IMG/VR virus record: IMGVR_UViG_3300013902_000003
Span: 1 to 48,611 of that record
DNA: 48,611 nt
Strand: one strand, 5' to 3'
DNA from: a virus
This document shows positions 1-7,847 of this stretch, piece by piece. Positions within the stretch are counted from its first letter, which is position 1; every line of letters starts with the position of its first letter. Position numbers and translations under genes: made by a program. The notes beneath the pieces are model-generated. The model searched no databases. It saw nothing but the letters and a program-made list of their open reading frames with translations, and was not told where the DNA came from.

Positions 1-78
1 CTAGTGCTTTTTTTTACAAATCTTTCCCTCAACCATATGGAAACATTTGCTATATCGATGACAATACTACTGTAATTC
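1..78. repeat. Terminal direct repeat copy 1, identical to 48534..48611 (circular-assembly overlap or terminal redundancy)
   Basis: Bases 1-78 recur base-for-base as the last 78 bases of the window. Confidence 0.95.
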
Positions 79-1253
79 TCAGTGGTACGTCGAGTTATCC
101 AAGTTTAAAGGTTTCAATGACTGAAGAGACGTATTCAACAGATGTATTAGCTTTTGAAAATGCAACAGATAATTACCTAGGAACACTTGATAGTTTCTTC
201 CCTAACACTCCAACGGACAAACAAGCTATAAGCACAGATTTACAACTCAATCTCCCTTCTGCCATTCCTTCAGACATGGATACCTATCGCCGTATTCCAA
301 CTCTCTTTACCCAGACCGCAGTTTATCTTTCCTTAGCTAGTGCATCAGTAGAATCTTATACAAGATTTGATACATCTACTAATCAAGATGTTGTTGTCCC
401 TGCATACAATGGTAAGCCAAGTAAGGTAACAACTTCTCCTCAATCTCTTAGAATTAACGATACAGAATATGCAAATAGCTCATGGTTCGTCAAAAATAAG
501 ACAGCTCTAGCTATTACATTTACGCCAAATGCTACAGCTAAGGGAGTTTATACCGGAGATTTAAATCCTAAAGAGGTGGACGGAGAAGAAGCATCCGCAA
601 GAGATATCGGTAATATCACTCCATATGATACAATTACAGGTAGAGAAATAACAGCCAATGAAAAGCTAATAACAGGAAATATCGAAGCAAAGACCACCTC
701 TGCCAACATTGGCTCTCCTAACCAGAAGTTCGACAAAGTGTATGCGAAAACTCTAAATGCTGATGAATTTTCTTTCTCGTCAAAAATTGCAAGCCGAAAA
801 TCTTTGGCATATTATAATCCGGCAGGAGGCTCTGCCGGATATGTCAAAGCAATAACTTTGACAGTAATAGGATCATATCCAAATTCGTGTATAACGTGGG
901 CTGTCACTCAAAGACATAGTGCTTCTTATTACATTGATTTATTCTTGAGCAATCGAAACGATAACTTAGCAGGCATAGATTATTTTGGTATTCGTCAAAA
1001 GTTTCAGAATAGTAGTTCTCTTGTATATGCAGTAGTAAGTGGCTCTACAGTTGATATCTATATAAAAAAGATTGAGACTTGGGATGTCTTCAATATCATC
1101 TATTGCGAGTTCCCAGATGGTTATCTAGGCGGCAAAGTTCAAATAGAGTATCCAGATAATCAGTTTGTAACAAGCTTACCAAATGGTGCAGTACAAGCAT
1201 CATGTCCAGCCTATATAACCGAATCAGGTCTCTATGGGGCAGTCTTCAACTAG
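1..1253 (+). CDS. Collagen-like tail fibre, distal part. Same gene as 45899..48611, joined across the junction; codon phase starts at base 3.
   Basis: The frame is open from base 3 through the ATG at 117 listed in the ORF track. The peptide SAFFYKSFPQPYGNICYIDDNTTVI is read at both window ends in the same frame. Confidence 0.8.
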   Translation, partial: SAFFYKSFPQPYGNICYIDDNTTVILSGTSSYPSLKVSMTEETYSTDVLAFENATDNYLGTLDSFFPNTPTDKQAISTDLQLNLPSAIPSDMDTYRRIPTLFTQTAVYLSLASASVESYTRFDTSTNQDVVVPAYNGKPSKVTTSPQSLRINDTEYANSSWFVKNKTALAITFTPNATAKGVYTGDLNPKEVDGEEASARDIGNITPYDTITGREITANEKLITGNIEAKTTSANIGSPNQKFDKVYAKTLNADEFSFSSKIASRKSLAYYNPAGGSAGYVKAITLTVIGSYPNSCITWAVTQRHSASYYIDLFLSNRNDNLAGIDYFGIRQKFQNSSSLVYAVVSGSTVDIYIKKIETWDVFNIIYCEFPDGYLGGKVQIEYPDNQFVTSLPNGAVQASCPAYITESGLYGAVFN

Positions 1254-1261
1254 GGGGGATT

Positions 1262-1867
1262 ATGGCAAGTGGCGATTTAATTAATTATGCAAATTTTAAG
1301 GCTATGCATGGGGAGAGTTGGGACTCAAGCACCGAAGGAACTAACAGTAGTAGTGCTCAAACAACTTTTATCTGTGGTCTTTCTTTTGTTACAGGCTTAT
1401 ACATCAATTCGGCATGGGCTTGGGATGGGATAACAGCAAATTGGACTGTATCTTACTACAATGGGTCATCATGGGTTACAGTCTTAAATGAGAACAAATC
1501 AACGTCAGGCATTAATAATGGCTATTGGACTAAATTCTACCACAATCGTAGTTCAGAAGGCACAAGCAGTGGTGATAAATCCAATTATCACTTGTGGAAA
1601 ATAACTGCATCTCCAGTATCATCCACAGGAGGATGGACTAGTAGTTTGTCATGCAAGATAGGAGCATGGGTTGGGGGCATTGCTAGGATGACTGAAGCAG
1701 AATACAACAATGTTTGCAAAGGAAAATTAATGAAAGGGTATCAGCCTGCATATTTCACTGGAAGTGAATCAGACTTTCTTTCAAACTATAGTCCTCAAGC
1801 AAAGAGAGGAACACTAATATCGGTATCGACAGGAACATATAAATGGTTAGGAGCAGGAGATTATTGA
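1262..1867 (+). CDS. Fibre-associated protein of unknown function
   Basis: ORF-track 1202..1867 trimmed to the ATG at 1262, which follows a G-rich SD 8 nt after the fibre stop. Ser/Thr/Trp-rich. Confidence 0.6.
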   Translation: MASGDLINYANFKAMHGESWDSSTEGTNSSSAQTTFICGLSFVTGLYINSAWAWDGITANWTVSYYNGSSWVTVLNENKSTSGINNGYWTKFYHNRSSEGTSSGDKSNYHLWKITASPVSSTGGWTSSLSCKIGAWVGGIARMTEAEYNNVCKGKLMKGYQPAYFTGSESDFLSNYSPQAKRGTLISVSTGTYKWLGAGDY

Positions 1868-1868
1868 T

Positions 1869-2228
1869 ATGGCATTACAAATGAATTTACCAAAAGACAA
1901 AAACCAAATGTATTTCGACTTTCCAAATGCTTATTGGGTTATCGAAGATTTAAATTACACAACAACTGCAGTTGTATTTAGACTAAATGTCTATCCAAAT
2001 AGAGAGAGTAAGCTAATGCAGAATCATGTTTTAGAGAATCCTTCTGTTGGTGTTGGTGGTTGTCTAAATGTTATCTCATCAAGACTTTACACATGGCAAG
2101 CTGTCACAGAGATTTCAACCATTTTTCCCACGGGTATTCCTCTATCTGAAGATGAGCAGAAGACAGCAATCTACAACTGGATTAAATCTTACACAGGGCT
2201 ACCATTCGAAGATGTCCTTGAGGAATAG
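1869..2228 (+). CDS. Hypothetical protein, last gene of the fibre block
   Basis: Starts 1 nt after the previous stop and is followed by a long non-coding region. Confidence 0.6.
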   Translation: MALQMNLPKDKNQMYFDFPNAYWVIEDLNYTTTAVVFRLNVYPNRESKLMQNHVLENPSVGVGGCLNVISSRLYTWQAVTEISTIFPTGIPLSEDEQKTAIYNWIKSYTGLPFEDVLEE

Positions 2229-2301
2229 CTAGAGTTTATGGCTCTTCAAGGGTATAGAGAGCAGTTTCTAAAATAAAAGTTGGATGTAAGTCTTTTTGTA
2301 G

Positions 2302-2315
2302 AAATGTATACATTT
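2302..2315. promoter_or_regulatory. Operator-like palindrome O1 (AAATGTATACATTT), 3 nt upstream of the TTGACA box at 2319-2324
   Basis: Perfect 14-bp palindrome. The 22-nt string aaatgtatacatttttgttgac recurs exactly, inverted, at 27449-27470. Confidence 0.6.
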
Positions 2316-2318
2316 TTG

Positions 2319-2347
2319 TTGACATTTTACTAAATGTCGCATAACTT
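2319..2347 (+). promoter_or_regulatory. Sigma-70-type promoter candidate (TTGACA-17-TAACTT)
   Basis: Consensus -35 box, 17-nt spacer, weak -10. Confidence 0.4.
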
Positions 2348-2349
2348 TC

Positions 2350-2446
2350 TTATATCATCCCAGAGAGGATTAGCCTCTTTGGCCGTCTCTCAAAGGAGAG
2401 ACATTTTGGCAGCTGTAACTTCCCTAGGCTTCTAGGGATTTTTTAT
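2350..2446 (+). ncRNA. Candidate ~95-nt small RNA with three stem-loops
   Basis: No ATG-initiated ORF. Stems at CCAGAGAGG/CCTCTTTGG and GTCTCTC/GAGAGAC, plus the terminator TCCCTAG/CTAGGGA followed by a T-run. Confidence 0.3.
2421..2446 (+). terminator. Rho-independent terminator
   Basis: 7-bp stem TCCCTAG/CTAGGGA followed by TTTTTTA. Confidence 0.6.
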
Positions 2447-2453
2447 TGCACCA

Positions 2454-2482
2454 TAAAAAAAGAACCACTTTTTCGGTGGTCC
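2454..2482 (-). terminator. Rho-independent terminator for a minus-strand transcript
   Basis: The minus strand reads GGACCACcgaaaaaGTGGTTC followed by TTTTTTT. Confidence 0.45.
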
Positions 2483-2563
2483 CTCCCAAGGAGGGTGATG
2501 TTAACATATAACATTTAAGTGCGATACTCACGACCTCCGAGGTGTATAGTGATATTCATCCTA
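2454..2563 (-). ncRNA. Candidate ~110-nt minus-strand small RNA, convergent with the 2350-2446 candidate
   Basis: Minus-strand promoter TTGACA (reverse complement of 2594-2599), 17-nt spacer, TAGCTT (reverse complement of 2571-2576). The terminator is at 2454-2482. Only 14- and 23-codon ORFs without SD are present. Confidence 0.25.
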
Positions 2564-2590
2564 CGTTCATAAGCTAAAAGGCTATAGGCA

Positions 2591-2604
2591 AAATGTCAAC
2601 ATTT
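2591..2604. promoter_or_regulatory. Operator-like inverted repeat O2 (AAATGT-ca-ACATTT), overlapping a minus-strand TTGACA box
   Basis: Same half-sites as O1, O3 and O4. Confidence 0.5.
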
Positions 2605-2665
2605 TTGTTAACAAAAAATGTTACAGAAACACAAAAAAACCTCTCAACTTTTCTCCAAAAAAATT

Positions 2666-2685
2666 ACAACGACAGCAACGCACAC
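2666..2685 (+). promoter_or_regulatory. Late-block motif copy A (ACAACGACAGCAACGCACAC), upstream of the capsid gene
   Basis: One of four + strand intergenic copies of A(C/G)AACGACA with a second C/A-rich block at offset 15. A degenerate extra copy AGCGACAGCAAC lies at 2812-2823. Confidence 0.5.
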
Positions 2686-2866
2686 AATAAAAAAGCATAT
2701 GAGATACACTCTATTTAGAGAAGCTAAGAAAGAGCTAATTAAAACAGAACCTTATAGGACTTAGAGAACTCTACCTCTTTTGGGATGTTTGCGGAACTAC
2801 TGGGATGTCATAGCGACAGCAACAGTTTTCTCTACAAAAAAATACATTACAAAGGAGACAAAATTA

Positions 2867-3838
2867 ATGTCAGTAATTTTAAATGACAAGAAACTTATGA
2901 GTCTTGTCGAAGCTAATAAGCGTAAGGGTTATGACAGAAACGAAGGATTCATGCTTAACCTTGAAAAGGAGCACAAGCTCTTAGACGTACTTCCATTCCT
3001 TCCTGCATCTGACAACTCATATCACAAGTACAATCAGGGTACAGTACAGGGGAAGGGAGCTTGGAGACAGTTAAACGAAGGACGTGAGAGAACTCAGGGA
3101 ACAATGGAATGGATTACAACTCCAGTTCAGCTCTTCTCCGTCGAAAGCAATATCTCTGATGATATTCTTCTTGCTGCTGATAGCCCAGCCGACGCAAGAG
3201 ACAGTGAAAATCTTCTTGTCGCTACAGGTCTTGTTAATGACTTCATGGACTCTCTTATCTACTCAGATGGTACTGATACCGAGAAGATGAAAGGTCTTGT
3301 TTATTACAGAAAGGCACTTGGTGACTATTGCCTTGACGCAGGTGGAACTTCTTCAGGCTCTCTTACATCTCTTTATGTAGCACAGATGGGAGAACTTGGA
3401 GTTAACATCCGTTATAACCCTAAAATCACCGGAGACTCTTATGGCATTGGCTTGAAGATTAAGGATGAGGGCTCTGTATGGACACAGGATAATAAGGGGC
3501 GTGATATGAAGGTTTGGAAGACTACTTACGACCTCACTGCAGCTCTTGAAGTTAGACAGGATAAGGCACTTGTTCGTGTAGCTAACATTGACCCGACAAA
3601 GACTCTTTCTCTTCCTCTTCTTGTCAAAGCAATCATGAAGCTTAAGGACAGAAGAAACGCAGTTATCATCGCACCTAAAGAAATTGAAGAAATGCTTATT
3701 AATCTTGCTCTTGATAAGGGTCAGTATCAGATAAGATACGAAGACATCGAGAACTTTGGCCCAATTATGAAGGTCATGGGAGTTCCAGTCGTTATCGAAG
3801 AGGCTATCAAGGTTAACGAGTCACAGCTTTCAGCGTAA
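2867..3838 (+). CDS. Major capsid protein (probable HK97 fold)
   Basis: ORF-track 2780..3838 trimmed to the ATG at 2867, behind AAGGAG. It is 323 aa and sits between the scaffold and tail-tube modules. This is a positional and size-based call. Confidence 0.65.
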   Translation: MSVILNDKKLMSLVEANKRKGYDRNEGFMLNLEKEHKLLDVLPFLPASDNSYHKYNQGTVQGKGAWRQLNEGRERTQGTMEWITTPVQLFSVESNISDDILLAADSPADARDSENLLVATGLVNDFMDSLIYSDGTDTEKMKGLVYYRKALGDYCLDAGGTSSGSLTSLYVAQMGELGVNIRYNPKITGDSYGIGLKIKDEGSVWTQDNKGRDMKVWKTTYDLTAALEVRQDKALVRVANIDPTKTLSLPLLVKAIMKLKDRRNAVIIAPKEIEEMLINLALDKGQYQIRYEDIENFGPIMKVMGVPVVIEEAIKVNESQLSA

Positions 3839-3867
3839 AAAAACAATAGGAGGTCTTTAAATATACT

Positions 3868-4263
3868 ATGAGAGACGCATTTACAAATTTCGGGAACATC
3901 GCAATTACTGCAGCTGCTACAGAAGCATCTAAGGCAGTTAAGAGCGAAAACATCATCGACTTAGTTGCAAAGAGCAAGCTTGAAGCAGGACTTCATGAGT
4001 TACGCTTTGTATTCTGTCCAAAGGCTAGCTATACAGGAACAATTACATTCCAAGTAGCACAGTCAGACACTATCACTTCAAACGAGCTAGCATCTCCAGT
4101 CATCACTGATACTTTTACTGTTACTAATCCAACAGCTAACAAGAAGATTATTAAGCCATTTGTTTTAGAGAATCAGAAAAAGTATATGCAGATTTTTGCT
4201 TATGGTAGTGCAGGTTCAGTAATCAATGTTGAGTCATGGTTAGAATTTGGCGAAGGAGCTTAA
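3868..4263 (+). CDS. Capsid-associated small protein (possible decoration protein)
   Basis: Strong SD (AGGAGG), directly after the capsid gene, followed by a hairpin. Confidence 0.45.
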   Translation: MRDAFTNFGNIAITAAATEASKAVKSENIIDLVAKSKLEAGLHELRFVFCPKASYTGTITFQVAQSDTITSNELASPVITDTFTVTNPTANKKIIKPFVLENQKKYMQIFAYGSAGSVINVESWLEFGEGA

Positions 4264-4289
4264 TTCTAGGCATTCGTTTTTAGAGAAAA

Positions 4290-4320
4290 GGGCTCTAAGA
4301 AAGCTTCAGTCTCAGAGCCC
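4290..4320 (+). terminator. Hairpin, possible attenuating terminator after the capsid genes
   Basis: GGGCTCT ... AGAGCCC 7-bp stem; the following T-run is weak. Confidence 0.35.
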
Positions 4321-4355
4321 GTAAATTTACCCATATAAGAAGAAAAGAAAAAAAT

Positions 4356-4976
4356 ATGTCAGTATACACACCTCTCAACAATGACAATGACAACAAAGAG
4401 CCCGTTCTAACTTATTCAGTTAAATGGAACACTCTATGCTCAGGAGCTCTCACATCTTTAGGAAGAGAAGGCACAACTAATTATCTTACTGACGGAACAT
4501 CAGACGCACTTCTTTGTCGTACATTCCTTCCTGAAGCAGTAGCGGCAGCATCTAGTTATTTCGATTGGACGTTCTTACGTAAGAGCAAAGACTTATCTTA
4601 CGACACAACAGTTACTACAGGACCATATCATTACGCATATGCACTCCCAGTGGATATGGCAAGACTAAATAAGGTTGAGACGTATAACAATCTGCCATTT
4701 GATATTATCGGTCGCACAGTTTGGACAGATAGTGAAAGTTGTTCAATCCTTTATCAAGCACTTCCAACTCTCCCTGATACGCTTCCTCAATCATTCTTAA
4801 CTGCAATCGAACACTATCTAACATTCCTATTAGCTAAGCCATTATCGGGCAACGATTCTATAAAAACTCAAGAATGGCAACTCTATCAGTATTGGATTGA
4901 ACAGGCAGTAAACATTGATAGGGCATGGCTTAGAAACTCTGGCGATAAATGGTGGACGGATATTATAGATGGCTGA
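4356..4976 (+). CDS. Head-tail adaptor / tail tubular protein A-like (T7 gp11 position)
   Basis: 206 aa (T7 gp11 is 196 aa), immediately before the gp12-like gene. The sequence pattern is recalled from tail tubular A proteins. Confidence 0.5.
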   Translation: MSVYTPLNNDNDNKEPVLTYSVKWNTLCSGALTSLGREGTTNYLTDGTSDALLCRTFLPEAVAAASSYFDWTFLRKSKDLSYDTTVTTGPYHYAYALPVDMARLNKVETYNNLPFDIIGRTVWTDSESCSILYQALPTLPDTLPQSFLTAIEHYLTFLLAKPLSGNDSIKTQEWQLYQYWIEQAVNIDRAWLRNSGDKWWTDIIDG

Positions 4977-7182
4977 ATATAACAGATTACAGAACTCTTT
5001 CATCACAGGATATTTAGATCCATTACTCTATGGACTCTTTACAACTGACGCATACAATACAGGACTAAAAGAGTGTCTCAATTATATCCCTTCTTCTAGG
5101 GGATACTTGTATCGTCGTCCAGGTACTAAATTCTTAGATTTTGGCGTTCCTTCCACGGCAACTGAAAATAGAATACATGCAATGCGTTCAGATAATGGAC
5201 CTTTGCTTTTCTTAATATCAGAGGGCAGAGTAGACTTCTTCTCTGTTGACCTCAGGCGTTACTTCTACATTACATCATCAACAATCTATAACGCCAAAGG
5301 TGACAAATGCTCTATTCCATGGAAGGCCGAGGATATAAAAGACTTATCGATATACGAATTTGAGGGCGATATCTATATCGTTCATAAAGATTACCCACCT
5401 CACAGAATAACAGTTCTTGCTCAGGGTAATTTTGAATTAGTAGCGACTAAGGTAAAAGACGCAACATACAGCGTCCCAAATGAAGGGCAACACGAGAGCT
5501 TATCTCTAAAGGATTTGTATGTTGCCAACGCCTTCTACTCAGAAAAAATTAATTTTAAAGAGGGAGGAATAGAGACGTTTTCTTCCCCTGGCCACTATCC
5601 ATCTTGTCAGACGTTCAAGGGAGGCAGATGGTATTTATCGGGGTGTACAAATAGCCCTGCATCTATTTACGCATCCAAAGCACCTGATACATACGGTAGC
5701 TATCGTTTTGATGATTTTGGTGTAGGCGAGTACTACATGCTTCATGTTGTAGTAACAATGACTAAGACTACAATATTCGAGAACTATGAAATTGACGGTA
5801 GTTTAAAGAGCGTTAAGTACGAATCTCACATAGACACAGAAGAGAAGGTTAAAGTTTCAGGCTTAGATTCGAAAGTTCCTGATTCAACATCATCTACAAA
5901 GTACATTAGATATAAAACTGAAGAAGCTACTGGAGATCCAATCTATAGCAATACCGCTGATACGTCAGATACAGGTATAACAGGCCAGACGAAACTTCTA
6001 ATTGTTGAGACTAAGGCCGAGACATGGACTCTTAAGAGCGATTTACAGAACGATGACGCTATAGAGCTTACAGAGACTGATATGTACGGCTCACGTGTTA
6101 ATTGGCTTATTACACAACAGAGAGTTATTGCAGGTACTAACCGTTCAATTTGGATGGATGATGGAAGCCCTGCAACTCCTTCAACCTTTGATTTAGTAAA
6201 GACGCTAGGTGTTACAACTTCCAAGATAGAGCCCGTTATTTACTCTTCAATGATTATCTTTGTCCCTGCAGATATGAGAAGCGTTAAAGCTTTCAATTAC
6301 GATACAGACGCTGAAGGCTATGTTCTTGTCGATTTATCAGTAACAGCACGTTCTCTCTTTAAAGATAGCAAGGTCGAAGATATTACAATCGTTGAAGGGC
6401 GAGAGAGTATTCTATGGGTACTTCTAGAAAATGGCAAACTTCTTTCTTGTACGTTAGGTTCAACTTATGGTTGGGCAGAGCATCAACTAGGTGGAGACGG
6501 AGTCGTTCTTTCTATGAGTGCTTATCATACCGAGGATGACGCAGGAGAATTGTTCTTAGCAGTAAAAAGAAAAGATATCATCACAATTGAGGCATTAGTT
6601 CTTGAAGATATAGTAAATACAAAGGTTTTTACTCTTTGCGATTGTGCGATTGCCTTAGACGCAGACGGGGAGACTCAAGACTTATCTAAGCTTAGTCAAA
6701 ATCTGCCACAACCATACACAACAGGTGACGAAATACAGATAGTCGCGGGAGGTTGGCCACGTCTACCTTTTGCATTTGAACCTATAAACATAGACGTAGG
6801 ACCGGGGCACAGAGACGGTATCTATATCGGATATACATACACTTCACGCTGTCACATGTTATGGCAAGAGTTACCAGTCTCTAGTGGCCAGACATCTCTA
6901 GGATTCTTCAGAAAGGCTATTTCAATGGCTATGCAAGTTTACCGTAGTGCAGGAGCTGAGTGTGGTTGGGTTAGTGGAAATAAGAAGCATCTAGACCCAT
7001 TCCAAAGACTAGCTAAATCTAACGCAGTGGAACTTAGTCCTGAAGACTATTACACAGGCATTGTCAAGCTATCAGTTCCTAGTAACACAAATGAACAAGT
7101 TAATGCAGTAGTAGAGTGCTCTTATCCTCTTCCTATGACCATACAGGCGATAGAGACACGCTACATTCTACAGGAGGTTTAA
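4969..7182 (+). CDS. Tail tubular protein B-like (nozzle, T7 gp12 position)
   Basis: 737 aa. The N-terminus (NSFITGYLDP...NYIPSSRGYLYRRPGT) resembles the gp12-family N-terminus (KNLKGGISQQP...GLQKRPP). Overlaps the upstream stop. Confidence 0.55.
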   Translation: MAEYNRLQNSFITGYLDPLLYGLFTTDAYNTGLKECLNYIPSSRGYLYRRPGTKFLDFGVPSTATENRIHAMRSDNGPLLFLISEGRVDFFSVDLRRYFYITSSTIYNAKGDKCSIPWKAEDIKDLSIYEFEGDIYIVHKDYPPHRITVLAQGNFELVATKVKDATYSVPNEGQHESLSLKDLYVANAFYSEKINFKEGGIETFSSPGHYPSCQTFKGGRWYLSGCTNSPASIYASKAPDTYGSYRFDDFGVGEYYMLHVVVTMTKTTIFENYEIDGSLKSVKYESHIDTEEKVKVSGLDSKVPDSTSSTKYIRYKTEEATGDPIYSNTADTSDTGITGQTKLLIVETKAETWTLKSDLQNDDAIELTETDMYGSRVNWLITQQRVIAGTNRSIWMDDGSPATPSTFDLVKTLGVTTSKIEPVIYSSMIIFVPADMRSVKAFNYDTDAEGYVLVDLSVTARSLFKDSKVEDITIVEGRESILWVLLENGKLLSCTLGSTYGWAEHQLGGDGVVLSMSAYHTEDDAGELFLAVKRKDIITIEALVLEDIVNTKVFTLCDCAIALDADGETQDLSKLSQNLPQPYTTGDEIQIVAGGWPRLPFAFEPINIDVGPGHRDGIYIGYTYTSRCHMLWQELPVSSGQTSLGFFRKAISMAMQVYRSAGAECGWVSGNKKHLDPFQRLAKSNAVELSPEDYYTGIVKLSVPSNTNEQVNAVVECSYPLPMTIQAIETRYILQEV

Positions 7183-7183
7183 G

Positions 7184-7846
7184 ATGAGTATTTTAAGTTC
7201 TTTTGTCGATTTAGCTCAAATCGGTTTTGATTGGTATTTTTCCCTACAAAATAACAGCTTAAAAAAAGACGAACTGGAGCTACAAAAAAAATCATACAAC
7301 GAAAATTTGAGAAGCAATTACTACTCTTACATGCAACAGTTATCAAGCATGGAAGGGGACTATGCTCAAAACCAATTAGGTATAAATCAGAATGTAGAGA
7401 ATATAGCATCTAATCAGAACTATCTTGATAGGTGGGCATCCGAATATGACCAAAGTATGCAGAGTGCTATAGACGACACCTATAATAGCTATCAACAACT
7501 AGCCTCTAATTTTTCAGCAGGGCTAGTAAGTACCGCAGAAAAAGGGCAAAGAGGTGGTAGTGCTCAAAGAGTAAACGAGCAGAACGCACTTGCTCTTAAT
7601 TCTCTCTTAGGTGGCTCTTCCAATGGATTCACACTACAGAATAACAGACTAGGCTCATACATACAGTCTACAGCGTTAGACATGCTAGCTGACAAACAGA
7701 CGGCTATCTCTGGTGTATCTATGGCATACAAATCAATCGATTCTTACAAGGACGCTATGAAAACACTACAAGACAGCATTGGAACAATGCGAAATACAAC
7801 GACAGACCTCAAGAACACTTTGAAGGAGAAGAATTTAACAGTCTAA
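7184..7846 (+). CDS. Internal virion protein candidate (gp14 position)
   Basis: 220 aa, Gln/Asn/Ser-rich and helical. Position within the T7-like gene order. Confidence 0.4.
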   Translation: MSILSSFVDLAQIGFDWYFSLQNNSLKKDELELQKKSYNENLRSNYYSYMQQLSSMEGDYAQNQLGINQNVENIASNQNYLDRWASEYDQSMQSAIDDTYNSYQQLASNFSAGLVSTAEKGQRGGSAQRVNEQNALALNSLLGGSSNGFTLQNNRLGSYIQSTALDMLADKQTAISGVSMAYKSIDSYKDAMKTLQDSIGTMRNTTTDLKNTLKEKNLTV

Positions 7847-7847
7847 T

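Noticed and set aside
1231-1243. The 13-nt identity with 38236-38248, taken as a site-specific recombination (shufflon/Gin-type) crossover site
   Set aside because: No invertase gene is present, and both copies are in direct orientation. A bare 13-mer match is expected by chance in 48 kb. It is kept only as supporting evidence for a shared C-terminal YGAV motif.
3084-3290. 68-aa alternate-frame ORF inside the capsid gene
   Set aside because: It is nested in a well-supported highly expressed gene and has no SD.
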